In this document: piece by piece, positions 20,946 through 30,299 of the stretch
How positions within the stretch are numbered: position 1 is the stretch's first letter
How the letters are laid out: each line of letters opens with the position of its first letter
From: Wallemia ichthyophaga EXF-994
Taxonomy: Eukaryota; Fungi; Basidiomycota
Assembly: GCF_000400465.1 (NCBI RefSeq)
Contig: NW_008806291.1
Span: 195,680-227,679 of the forward strand
Direction: 5' to 3'
DNA: 32,000 nt
Program-made: the position numbers and the translations under genes
The notes under the pieces: generated by a model
What the model was told of the DNA's origin: nothing
Seen by the model: only the letters and a program-made list of their open reading frames with translations
The model's database searches: none

Positions 20946-21602
20946 TTACTCCTTCTCCTGCTGCTGCTCGACCTCCCTCTTCTCTCTCCTCCTCTTGACA
21001 TCAAAGTTCCAGATCCTGGCTGTATTGACGTCGGTGATAGTTGTTTGTTCCCTGATGAATTCCAAATCTTCATTGCACTGCTCGTACGAAACACCAGCCA
21101 GCTTCTCCTTCTTCTCGAGGAGCGCTATAGCCTCTGGTATTGTATAGCTGAGCATTGTATTTGCCTGTGTTTGCATATCAGTAGACGCATAAGGCTAACA
21201 CACCACCCACACCCAACCACAGGTACACCACGTCGCTCTTGTCCAGCTCAGCCTCCGCGTAAAGCGTGTCGTGCAGCTCAAACAGCGTTTTTGTCTTTGT
21301 GCCGTCCTCATTCGCGCCGTGCAAATGCCTAACCATGGACAGCGTCTTGGAGATGTCCGGTATCTTGACATCGAGGGATTTCTTCTTTTGTAGAAGTGAT
21401 ATTTCCATGTATCTGTACTTGGATGCCATCTCCTGGAACTGCTTCAACGCGCTGTCCACCTCTGCGCCCTCTCCACCGATATATTCCACTACGTCGGCCT
21501 GTTTTCCATTTTTGATGAGATATCCACAGCGTATACGCTCTAACCCACCACAAACGGCGCTGCCGGAATGTTCCGCGGATTCGTTGAGACTGATTCGCTC
21601 AT
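20946..21602 (-). CDS. PAC10: Prefoldin subunit 3 (Pac10/Gim2/VBP1)
   Basis: Spliced MSESVSTNPRNIPAAPFV|ADVVEYIG..QFQEMASKYRYME..KIPDISKTL..FELHDTLYAEA..VYLWLG|ANTMLSYTIPEAIALL..DLEFIREQTTITDVNTARIWNFDVKRRR. Confidence 0.95.
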
Positions 21603-21646
21603 TTCAGTTGGTCGTTCTTGTCGTTGACCCAAACCACCAAACCACC

Positions 21647-22582
21647 ATGCCGATCAATTTTCTCTTTTTTCCTCCGCTCTACTGCCCAGTCGGCATCTAT
21701 CGCTTGCTCAGTGATTCCCATGTTCGATCACCCATCTACTCGCTCTGTCGTAAGGGTTTGGCCACTGGGCTCATCACAGCGAGCGTCTACGTCCTTGTTA
21801 CTTATCCGATACAGAATCGCCTGCTCAGCATTTACCTCAGCTTGTTCTACAGCACTCCCTCCTCACACCGCTTCTCTACGCTGATGCTTGTCAGCACCCA
21901 ATTCACCGCCATTCTCCAGTTCTTCATCAACAAGCGCATCGCTCAGTCCCGGCGTCTCGCGTACTCCCTCACCATCCAATCCCGGGCTAAAGAAAACGCT
22001 TTCTGGGGCAAATATGTCGAGGAATTCAATCTTAACACTCCAGCTGGTCGATCGCTGCAAAATGAGGCGCTTAAGCAGGCAAAAACCAGAAAATCGGGCT
22101 GGAGCGGTTTGGTTGAGGGTAGAAAGCGCTCTAAAGCCCTCGCTTTGCTAATCAAACTCCTCCTCCTCCCCGTCGACGTCATCCCTCTTGTCGGCATCGT
22201 TATAGGTGCGACTCTCCGCTCTGTCGCCCTCACCAGACGCCTCCTCAAGCCATATTTCGCCGCGAAGAATATGTCCAAGTATCAGCGAGAAGTCTTCATC
22301 CAGCAGCGCTCTTTTGAGTTGAGGTGTGAGTCAGGCTGAATACGTTTTAACCGCCCAGTAACACCCCCTCCTCTCACAGCTTTCGGCTTTGCGGCTGCCT
22401 TACTCGAACGCACACCTTTCGTTGGCCTCCTCTTCTCCATATCTACACCCATTGCTGCCGCTATGATGGCTGTCGACTTTGAAAAACGCCAAAACTCGCT
22501 TCGTTGCGTTCATGACGCTGATAAACCTCCTTGGGGGAGTGTACACGTCGGTCACGCTATACCTCAGAAGAAAACGACATGA
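21647..22582 (+). CDS. EI24-domain membrane protein (Lds1/Lds2/Rrt8-like)
   Basis: ATG at 21647 begins MPINFLFFPPLYCPVGIY, with several TM helices and LLPVDVIPLVGIVIG..PYF..K. An intron at about 22326-22379 leads to SFGFAAALLERTPFVGLLFSIS..AAMMAVDFEKRQ. Confidence 0.75.
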
Positions 22583-22666
22583 ATGACTAGATGAACAAGA
22601 GTGGAAATGGGTGTGTAAATGAGAGATATTAATGATATCAAGGAGTCGCCTGGAATTTGCGCACAC

Positions 22667-23725
22667 CTACTTCCTAAACAGCTTCTTCCATCCTGAGACA
22701 TGTTTCGTCGCTTTGTTATCAGGCACACTAATGCCATCACTAAAAGCCATAGACATCATTGGTTCAGGAATAGGGTATGCTTTCATTTTGTCCTGTTGTT
22801 GAGCCGGTGATGATTTGGATTTATGGAGCTGCTGGTGTTGCTGTTGCTTAAATGGATCGCTCATCAAACTCTGGCTTCGATAGCGGGGTTGATCCGACTG
22901 GACCACCTCAATTGCATCGATATCACCATTACCATCCACTCCCCTCTCCCTCCTATCTTTCTCCCGCTTCTCCCTCATGGCACTCTCGCTCGCAGTCATC
23001 TCCAGCCTAGCCAGAGCATCCGAGTCGCTCTTCTCCCTCGTCTCAGCACTCCTCTTAAACTGCTCCTGCAGCGCTACCTCGCGTTCTTTCTCCTGCGCCC
23101 TCTTCGCCGCCTCTTCCTTCTCTCTGCGTATGCGCTCGCTGCGCGGTGGCTTCGCCTTGGGTTTGCGCGGGTAAACGAGCTGACCATCGGCTGTTAAAAT
23201 TGGGAGCTGAGACGGTGCGTCGAACCCCCACATACCGCCGCCCGTATCCACAGGCGCTTTTGAGTGCACCTGCTGGATGATAATTTGTGGTTGTTGGTGT
23301 GTTTTTGTGTTGCTGTTGGTCGTGTTGCTAGTCACACCGCTGAATATCCCACTAGACATAGCCTTGCTCGACCGCCCACTGCTACCACTGCTGATACTGC
23401 GATTCGAGCTCATCTTTGCCGCTATCTCATCCTCCCTTCTCTGTAGCTCCGCTTTGGCTCGCGCGATGCTGTAACGTGTTAGCATCCCTTTGGCCCAGAT
23501 CTCAAATCACCCAACTCACTCGGCCCATTCTTTTTCTGCACTTTTTGCTTCTTCTAACTCTTGCACATCTTGTGCTTCTTCCCAGTCAGTTGTAAACTCC
23601 CTCTGATATTGTGGGCTAATAAATCCATTTCGATTCTGGTTCATCTCCCTCACTTTCTCGGTGTGATGTTGACAATTACAGATAGCGGGGTGGTAGTACG
23701 CCTTGCAGCATGACATGGCTGTCAT
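22667..23725 (-). CDS. Hypothetical low-complexity/coiled-coil protein
   Basis: Two track ORFs are joined by an intron at about 23471-23520 (GTGAGT, GCTAAC branch, TACAG): ...EKEWAD|IARAKAELQRREDE.... No family recognised. Confidence 0.6.
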
Positions 23726-24067
23726 TCAACTGTCAGTTCATTCTGTTTTCAGGAACCACCCTTATCTGATGCTTGACAGGTCCAAGTAAATTTTTCATTT
23801 TAGTACATTTATTCATTAAATCAGTGTATTTTAATTGCGCCTGTATATTTGTTCTTTCTGTCAACCACCCCTCTCATTTTCTGGTGACCAGCTTTTTGGT
23901 GTTCCGACACCATGCATTACTTTGCAGTGCATTACATAGATATATGGCAAAATCAAAGTAACGTAAAAACTTATGATAATCTAAAGATGTGATACTTTCA
24001 AGGCTACACTCAAGTTGAAAGGAAACGAAATATAATCAAAATCAGTCAATACATCAAGACATGCCAG

Positions 24068-26402
24068 CTACTTCTTCTCAATCGCCCTATCGACGTTGAA
24101 GCAGGCTGAGATAAGAGAAACCGCACTAAAGCCCTGCGGATAATTACCCAGGGCCTGTCCGCCCTTGCCAATCTCCTCACTCAACAACCCCAGATTGCTA
24201 GTATACCCCAGAAAGTCCTCGAGCATAACGACAGACTGAGACAGCAGCTTTTTGTCGTATGCACCAGCGCGACATAGTGCCTCACACGCCCACAACGTGC
24301 ATAGCCCAAACGCTCCTTCCTCACCCCCAATTCCGTCATTCGCTTTCGTTACGTCGTAGCGCGATACGAGGTTGTTTGAAGTAAGCCCACCCTTTTCAGG
24401 TGATAATAAAACGTGCTTGAGTGTGGATAGCAGACGCGGGTCGGTGGGCGCGATGAAGAAGGTGAGGGGCATGATCAAGATGGAGCTGTCTAGCACATCT
24501 CTATTCTCGTAGCTCTGCGTAGTGAATTATTGAGAGGGCTTTCTAATCCAATCTTTAAACATACCTGCGAAAAGAAACCTAACTGCTTATTGTACCCCTT
24601 CTCTTGGATTTCCTCATAAATGTTGTCTCTATTTTCGAGCCACTTGAGGCGATTGGGGCAAGGTAGGCATCTCTTGTCTGCAAGGCGCAGTCCGCGGTCG
24701 ATAGCCACCCAGCACATGACCTGTGAGAGTAGTGAATTGTGTGAGTATGTTAAAATGTTCTGCAGTTTGCAAAATAACGCTTTTTCGCAAGTCGCATTTT
24801 GCAACTCAAACATTTGTAACATAACATACCTTGGAATACTAGTCTATGTCAGCCAAATAATTCTGAAACACCCCACTCACCAAGAAATTCTGCTTCTGAG
24901 ATCTAACCTCCCAAATAGAAAGATCTGGCTGATTCCATGCGTCGCAAACATAATCAACAAGCTTGCGCATGCCTACCCAGCAATCGTACGATAGCGGGTT
25001 AGCGTGTTTCTGAGCAAGATAGACGGCATCAAGGACAGCGCCGTAGACGTCGAGCTGGAGGTGGTCTGCTGCACCATTTCCAATTCTCACCGGCTTCTGT
25101 CCCCTGTGACCAGCTAGGTGGGGCAGCTCAATCTCTGGCATCTCACGCTGACCATGGATGGTGTAGACGATCTGCAGACTACCGTCGCTATTTGGGTGCT
25201 CGAGCAGGGAAGCTATCCAGTCAACATACGCATTTGCCTCTTCTTTGAAACCGAGCCTGACGAGGGCGTAGACGGTGAAGGACGAATCTCTAAGCCAAGC
25301 ATAGCGATAGTCCCAGTTCCGTCCCGCTCCGTGTAAGTCTTCAGGCAGGGAGAATGTCGGTGCGGCAATCACGGCACCTGTAGGTGCAAAAGTGAGCAAT
25401 TTGAGCGAGAGTGCTGAGCGCAGCACTTGCTCGCGCCACCGCCCCTTGTACTGCATCTTGGCCGACCACTGGAGCCAGTACTGCGTTGTGGATTCGAGGA
25501 GGTGTTCTGTAGAAGCGAAGGTGGGGGATGTACTATTATCCTCTCTTTCCGACAAGACTAAAGTAACCACTTGGCCTTCGGAGAGTGAAAATTTTATACA
25601 TACTGCATCGCCGAGGAAGCCGCGCTCAGCTGCATTGTGCGATGTTAATGATACCGCTGGATCTGATACCGCATCTGGTGCGCCGACAGTACAGCGCAAA
25701 TCGAGATTGATGTGGTCAGGGCAGTCGAAGTAGGCCGTGTTGCTACCGCTATCGACGCGCACGCTGTGCCCCGAACGTGCATAGTTGAATGCAGGAGCAC
25801 ATTCGCTGACAAACGACATTGTCCCGCGGAGACACTCGACGCGTCGAACGAGATGTGTGGGGCTGCTGAGGGGCATGAAATCTACCAGTGTGTGAGTATG
25901 TGAGTGTACACCTCTGTTCCTATCTCAGGCACGCACCGTCTACGTTAGCAACGGCTGTACCTGAATCAGATTGACATGCTTGATACGCTCCAACTCACCG
26001 TCGTCAGCCAGGAACTTTGTATTGAGGATGTTGGTCGATGGGAGATACATCTGCTTGTTTACAGTGGCTGTTTGTGGGTCAATACTCCAATGACCGCCCC
26101 TGCAGTGAAAATTTTAGCCCAAATTATCAGCGTGAGAAGACCCGTCTGTTCACAAGACTTACTTCTTCACATCAACAATGCGCGCAAAGATACTGTGGTG
26201 TGTTAACGCTGCTTTTATTTATCAGATATTCACCTGAGCCAACTCACCTAGGGGAATCGAAATAAGGCATCGAGAGCTGAGCAGTGGTACAGTTCGACGA
26301 CACTAAAGCCGCAGTCATGCAATTACCTATCACGCCATGTTCTTCAATATCCGTTTCACGCTCGTGGAAGCTTAGTTTGCTATTGGATGTTTGAAGAACC
26401 AT
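24068..26402 (-). CDS. Glycoside hydrolase family 15 protein (trehalase/glucoamylase-like, no signal peptide)
   Basis: Multi-exon gene. N-terminal IEEHGVIGNCMTAALVS..PYFDSP|SIFARIVD. Core LSLKLLTFAPTGAVIAAPTFSLPE..RNWDYRYAWLRD, GNGAADHLQLDVYG, SIWEVR (acid Glu), YSK VMCWVAIDRG and GLLSEEI..GNYPQGFS (base Glu). Confidence 0.92.
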
Positions 26403-26584
26403 CGCAGTTGAAATCAAGTCAAGTAAAGTGATTAAGAGTACTATTAAATCGACTAGGTAATACAAAGAACATGAAATGCTTACAAGAAACGTACAAGATC
26501 TGCTGTTTGCAATGGAGATTATTTTCTTTACATGGGAGTGCAAAGGTCGTGAGGTGAGGATCCAATTCTATACTACATTGAGGG

Positions 26585-27754
26585 CTATAAAGAATGCGGC
26601 GAGTGAGCACTAGGACGTCGTTCGCTGCTAGTAGAGGGGCTCAAAATACCCAGACCGACGCTGTCGCTAGGGCTAGGATTAGACCCCAAGAGGCTGAAGT
26701 TGGTGTCGACGGAGAGATTCATTGGCCTTTGGCTGTGTGCCTGCGGGGTGTAGTGCGATGAGCCCAGCGATAGCGGCGATAGTGGCTGTTCCATTCTAAA
26801 CCCGCCACCATACTCGGACGCATACGGCGACGAATGCGTGCTGTAGAGATCGGGTATGGGCGAGCCTGCGCTGGATGGACTTGGCGAGTAGGGATACGGA
26901 GGGATAGTGGAGTTAGCCGCGTTTGTAGCGTGTGTTGAGGTGTCTGGCGAAGTGACGAATATCGGTGGCTGGGCGGGTGGTGTGGGTTTAAGGGGAAAAT
27001 GGCTATTGGTGTTACCTCCGGTGGTGGCGTTGGTGTGAGCACCACTGCCAGTGTCCATACCATCACCACCTCCACCACTGCCACTCCAGGGGTAGTCAAA
27101 CGGCAAGCCACCATGCGTACCGTAGAGAAAGGCGTAAAGCTGCTTAACGACATCCTTCAGACACTGCGTCTCGCCCCGCGAATGCTCCAGCTGCTGCTCT
27201 AGAAAGAGTACACGCTGGTTGAGGGTGGCTATGGACTGGTTGGACTGCGACTGGCTAAGCTGGAGGAGGGCGACGGAGGAAGGGAGGTCTGTGCTACGTG
27301 CTGCGGTGCTTGTAGACGTACTGGCCTCTGCGCCGTCGAGTACCTTTCTTTTGATGTCTTCGAGCAGGTCCTTGCGCCCTCTGAGGAAGTTGGGGTGGGA
27401 GAACTCCCACACTTGGTGCTCTGGGTGTGCCTTTTGCCCGCGTGGCGTCTTGTTGCACTTATGGAAGCCATACATATTCAGCTGCCTGACAAAGGAACTG
27501 AAATTGGAGTGCTTGAAATGGGTAGGCAAGATTTCCGAAGAGAAGAGAGAGAGATTGGCAACTATAAAACTATCGCCAGCCAGATTCCACGAGATTAGAT
27601 TGTTGGTGTTGGCGTCGACCATCTCGTACAGCTTCGGGACGAAAGACGAGCTAGCGCCCTGCTTTGATTTCTTGGAAGCGTGCGGCGACTCATCATCGGA
27701 TAGCACCGAATTATCCCTTTTTATCTCATTTTTGTTCGGCTGCAGGAGGTCCAT
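26585..27754 (-). CDS. HSF-type DNA-binding transcription factor without receiver domain
   Basis: FVPKLYEMV..ISW..SFIV..ILPTHFKHSNFSSFVRQLNMYGFHK..WEFSHPNFLRGR..IKRK, then a short coiled coil and an S/P-rich tail. The first ATG is 27754; the track ORF starts at a GTG at 27835. Confidence 0.9.
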   Translation of the reverse strand: MDLLQPNKNEIKRDNSVLSDDESPHASKKSKQGASSSFVPKLYEMVDANTNNLISWNLAGDSFIVANLSLFSSEILPTHFKHSNFSSFVRQLNMYGFHKCNKTPRGQKAHPEHQVWEFSHPNFLRGRKDLLEDIKRKVLDGAEASTSTSTAARSTDLPSSVALLQLSQSQSNQSIATLNQRVLFLEQQLEHSRGETQCLKDVVKQLYAFLYGTHGGLPFDYPWSGSGGGGDGMDTGSGAHTNATTGGNTNSHFPLKPTPPAQPPIFVTSPDTSTHATNAANSTIPPYPYSPSPSSAGSPIPDLYSTHSSPYASEYGGGFRMEQPLSPLSLGSSHYTPQAHSQRPMNLSVDTNFSLLGSNPSPSDSVGLGILSPSTSSERRPSAHSPHSL

Positions 27755-27794
27755 GGTGGTTGGAGTAGCGAGAGTAACGCGAATAACTCGATTA

Positions 27795-28190
27795 ATGGAT
27801 TTGCGGACGTGAGCGGGAGTTGAAGCGCGGGTCACACGATAACAAACGTAACACAGCCTAGATGAGCATGTCCTAAATTATCTCAATAGGCGGGGATACT
27901 CGCAGACCGTTGAACTGCTAAAGTTGGAGGCGGGGCTCGTGGTAAATGCCGACGATAATTTTCTATCAGAGTGGTTCCAGGTGCTAAACGAGTGCAAGCA
28001 GAGCGAGGACTTTTCAAACCACTCCACCCAAGCCAAAACCAACCAACTCCAAGATTCGTATCAGTTGCTCGCCATCGAGCAGAGGAAATTGCACAAAACA
28101 CAGTCAATTGAGCAGGATAAACTCAAGACAATAGCCAGCAGATCATCATCCACTAATATCCCCAACCCGCACAATTTTTCAAGCGAGTGA
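27795..28190 (+). CDS. Small (115-aa) LisH/LUFS-domain protein
   Basis: Exon 27795-27808, intron 27809-27856 (GTGAGC..CGTAACACAG), exon 27857-28190 give MDLRTLDEHVLNYLNRRGYSQTVELLKLEAG..DDNFLSEWFQVL, a LisH motif plus the LUFS-type FLxEW signature. The 3' end could be spliced further at GTGAGT 28187. Confidence 0.65.
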
Positions 28191-28449
28191 GTTGCTATTA
28201 TGAGGTTTCACGGTGCGCATGTATTCTATACACTTTTGTTCTTTGTGCTTGTACTCTATGCATGGTATTTGGCCCGTATGTGATGCTCTCACGATGAAGA
28301 CAATTTCTCGTGCGCCGTTCCATGCCGTCCAACGAACGTGCATCCCCCCATTGAACGTGCGCTATTAGACACTCAATTAATGCACATGATTATGGCATCA
28401 ACTGAAATTCTACGCCAACTAGTGAAAGTAAATAAGTGTACTCTGCCCT

Positions 28450-30146
28450 CTACGTTCCTCCATTGCCAAATGCGATTCGATGGCTAGTCTGTCTTTGTTT
28501 CTCAGACAGAAAAGCTTAAAGTTCAGCTTAGTATTTGACTTATTATTCAAACGTGTTTAAATGTTGATTTTCAACACTTGTAGATTTTGAGCAGAAATTG
28601 TGACATTCGAGGGCTTGTTTGGGTATACTCTTGCGGCTCAAGTATTCTTTGAGATGGTACAAATTTCCTTAAGTTGAGCACTGCATCTCATTCGGTATTT
28701 TCACAGCTGTTCAGATTTGCAGATCGAAAATCCATTCGGTGCTGCTCTAAACAATCAGATTATCTCACAATATCAATCACGCATATTCCCACGCGTAATA
28801 TCATATCCCATACAATAAGAATTGTTTCAATCAAGCAAGCATTATTATTGAGACATTCAGAAGCACTACTCTCCCTCTTCGTCTCGAAAAGTCTCGAGCT
28901 TCCTCGAAGCTTTTTCAAGAGTGTCAAAGAAGTTAAAGAAAGACATTCATGCATTCGATCTTGTTGGCAGCTATTTTTTGGAGCATTGGGTGGGTTTGAA
29001 TAAACCTAGACAAAGCAATATCATCGACAAGATTATCTTCATTAGCCAAATTCAGCTCTTCAAGCTTGGTCATTATAAATTAAAGCAGCCTTCTTTAAAA
29101 TTTTTGTAGAATTCAGAGGTGATTTGGTTTTTGACACTGAGAATTTTCACGTTTGAAAGCTTCGCATCTCTCGTGAGATTCATCATCTCATTACCTGCAG
29201 TGAGCAATGGCTCTCTCATGTCAATCTTGTGGAATTTCACTGACAGTCTCGCCCATCCTGAAATTTCACCTCCAGAAATGCAATTTAACTGCGTCAAATC
29301 TGGCAAAGAACGGTTATTGAGAGCTTTTCCAATCTTATTTGTTTTGATAGAATATAAATTAAGCATCTCGCAAGGCAAATAAAGCTTCGGACGGTTTGTT
29401 TCAGTTCCTGAGACCAGTGAATCGTCGTAAGTAACTTCAAGCGCAGTGAGATTAGGCATTAGCTTGAGTAGAAGCTGAGCGCTTCCTAACGAATGAAAAT
29501 TTCTATTGCTGTGTTTTGAGCAGGGTCTTTTTAGTCTGATGAATTGGGAATTTTGGTTTCTGAATGTTTCAAGAGACTTCGCAAGTATACTCATGTCCAT
29601 CAGAGTATCGCGTAGGTCTTCGCTGTAAGTTTCTGGCATGATTTGCTGCGATTCAGCTAATAAGATAAGTTTCCTGCATTTGAGATTTCTTGATATCTTG
29701 AGGTTCGAAGTCTTCCCTGATGCATCTGTATCTTCCAGAGTAAAGCGAAAATTGTAGACAAACAAAGTGGACAAACCATCTTCGTCTTCGCATAGCATTC
29801 CATAACAGTTTTTTCTAGCCATGAGTGCCAAATGACCGACTATCAGGGCATTCCTCTCAGGTGCCGACAGCGAAGCCTTGAGCTTTCTTACCTCAAAACT
29901 CCTGTCAATGAACCAGGAAGACGACGAGTAGACTTATCCAGATACTTAGCATCTACATTGAAAGATTTTAATGTAATACTTGCCGTGATAATGAAGCATG
30001 GCTGCCCTCCAGCGCCGGTTAATCAATGACAGATACTAGATAGTCATGACAGAGAATGTTTCAGGGCTATCCTGGACAATGAGATCGGATATTGATTGAA
30101 TTAGCTCTGAGAAAAAATTGGAAGCGTTCAATTTGATAGTTGACAT
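28450..30146 (-). pseudogene. Decayed F-box/LRR-like gene (copy 1)
   Basis: From ATG 30146 one frame reads ..FFSELIQSISDLIV..TI*YLSLINRRWRAAM..C*VSG*VYSS.. and runs straight into the 252-aa ORF 29073-29831 (LLKLMPNLTALEV, LPDLTQLN). A frameshifted continuation reads TKLEELNLANEDNLVDDIALSRFIQTHPML. The 3' end is approximate. Confidence 0.6.
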
Positions 30147-30299
30147 AAGATTGAATTGGTGCGAGAGTGTGAGAGTGTGAGAACGTGGAAGTACGTAAGT
30201 AGAAGTGCGAGTAAATGAGATTATCAACCGGTAAATATGGTCTGCTATACTTTAAATGACATACTTGTAATAATCACGCGTGCGCAAAATTCACCTCCA

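Noticed and set aside
21266-21646. N-terminal extension of the 357-aa ORF 21266-22339
   Set aside because: It overlaps prefoldin 3 on the opposite strand. The EI24-like protein most plausibly starts at ATG 21647 (ACCACCATG context).
24721-24829. Intronic snoRNA in the long GH15 intron
   Set aside because: No box C (RTGATGA)/box D (CTGA) pair or H/ACA architecture was found on the sense strand.
27219-27812. 197-aa + strand ORF and many other 60-200-aa ORFs overlapping larger genes (e.g. 7524-7877, 19497-20123, 19624-20079)
   Set aside because: They are antisense or alternate-frame shadows of well-supported CDSs in GC-rich or low-complexity sequence, with no motifs of their own.
26585-28190. 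Mating-type locus
   Set aside because: No homeodomain, HMG, pheromone (CAAX) or STE3 receptor gene was seen in the window.
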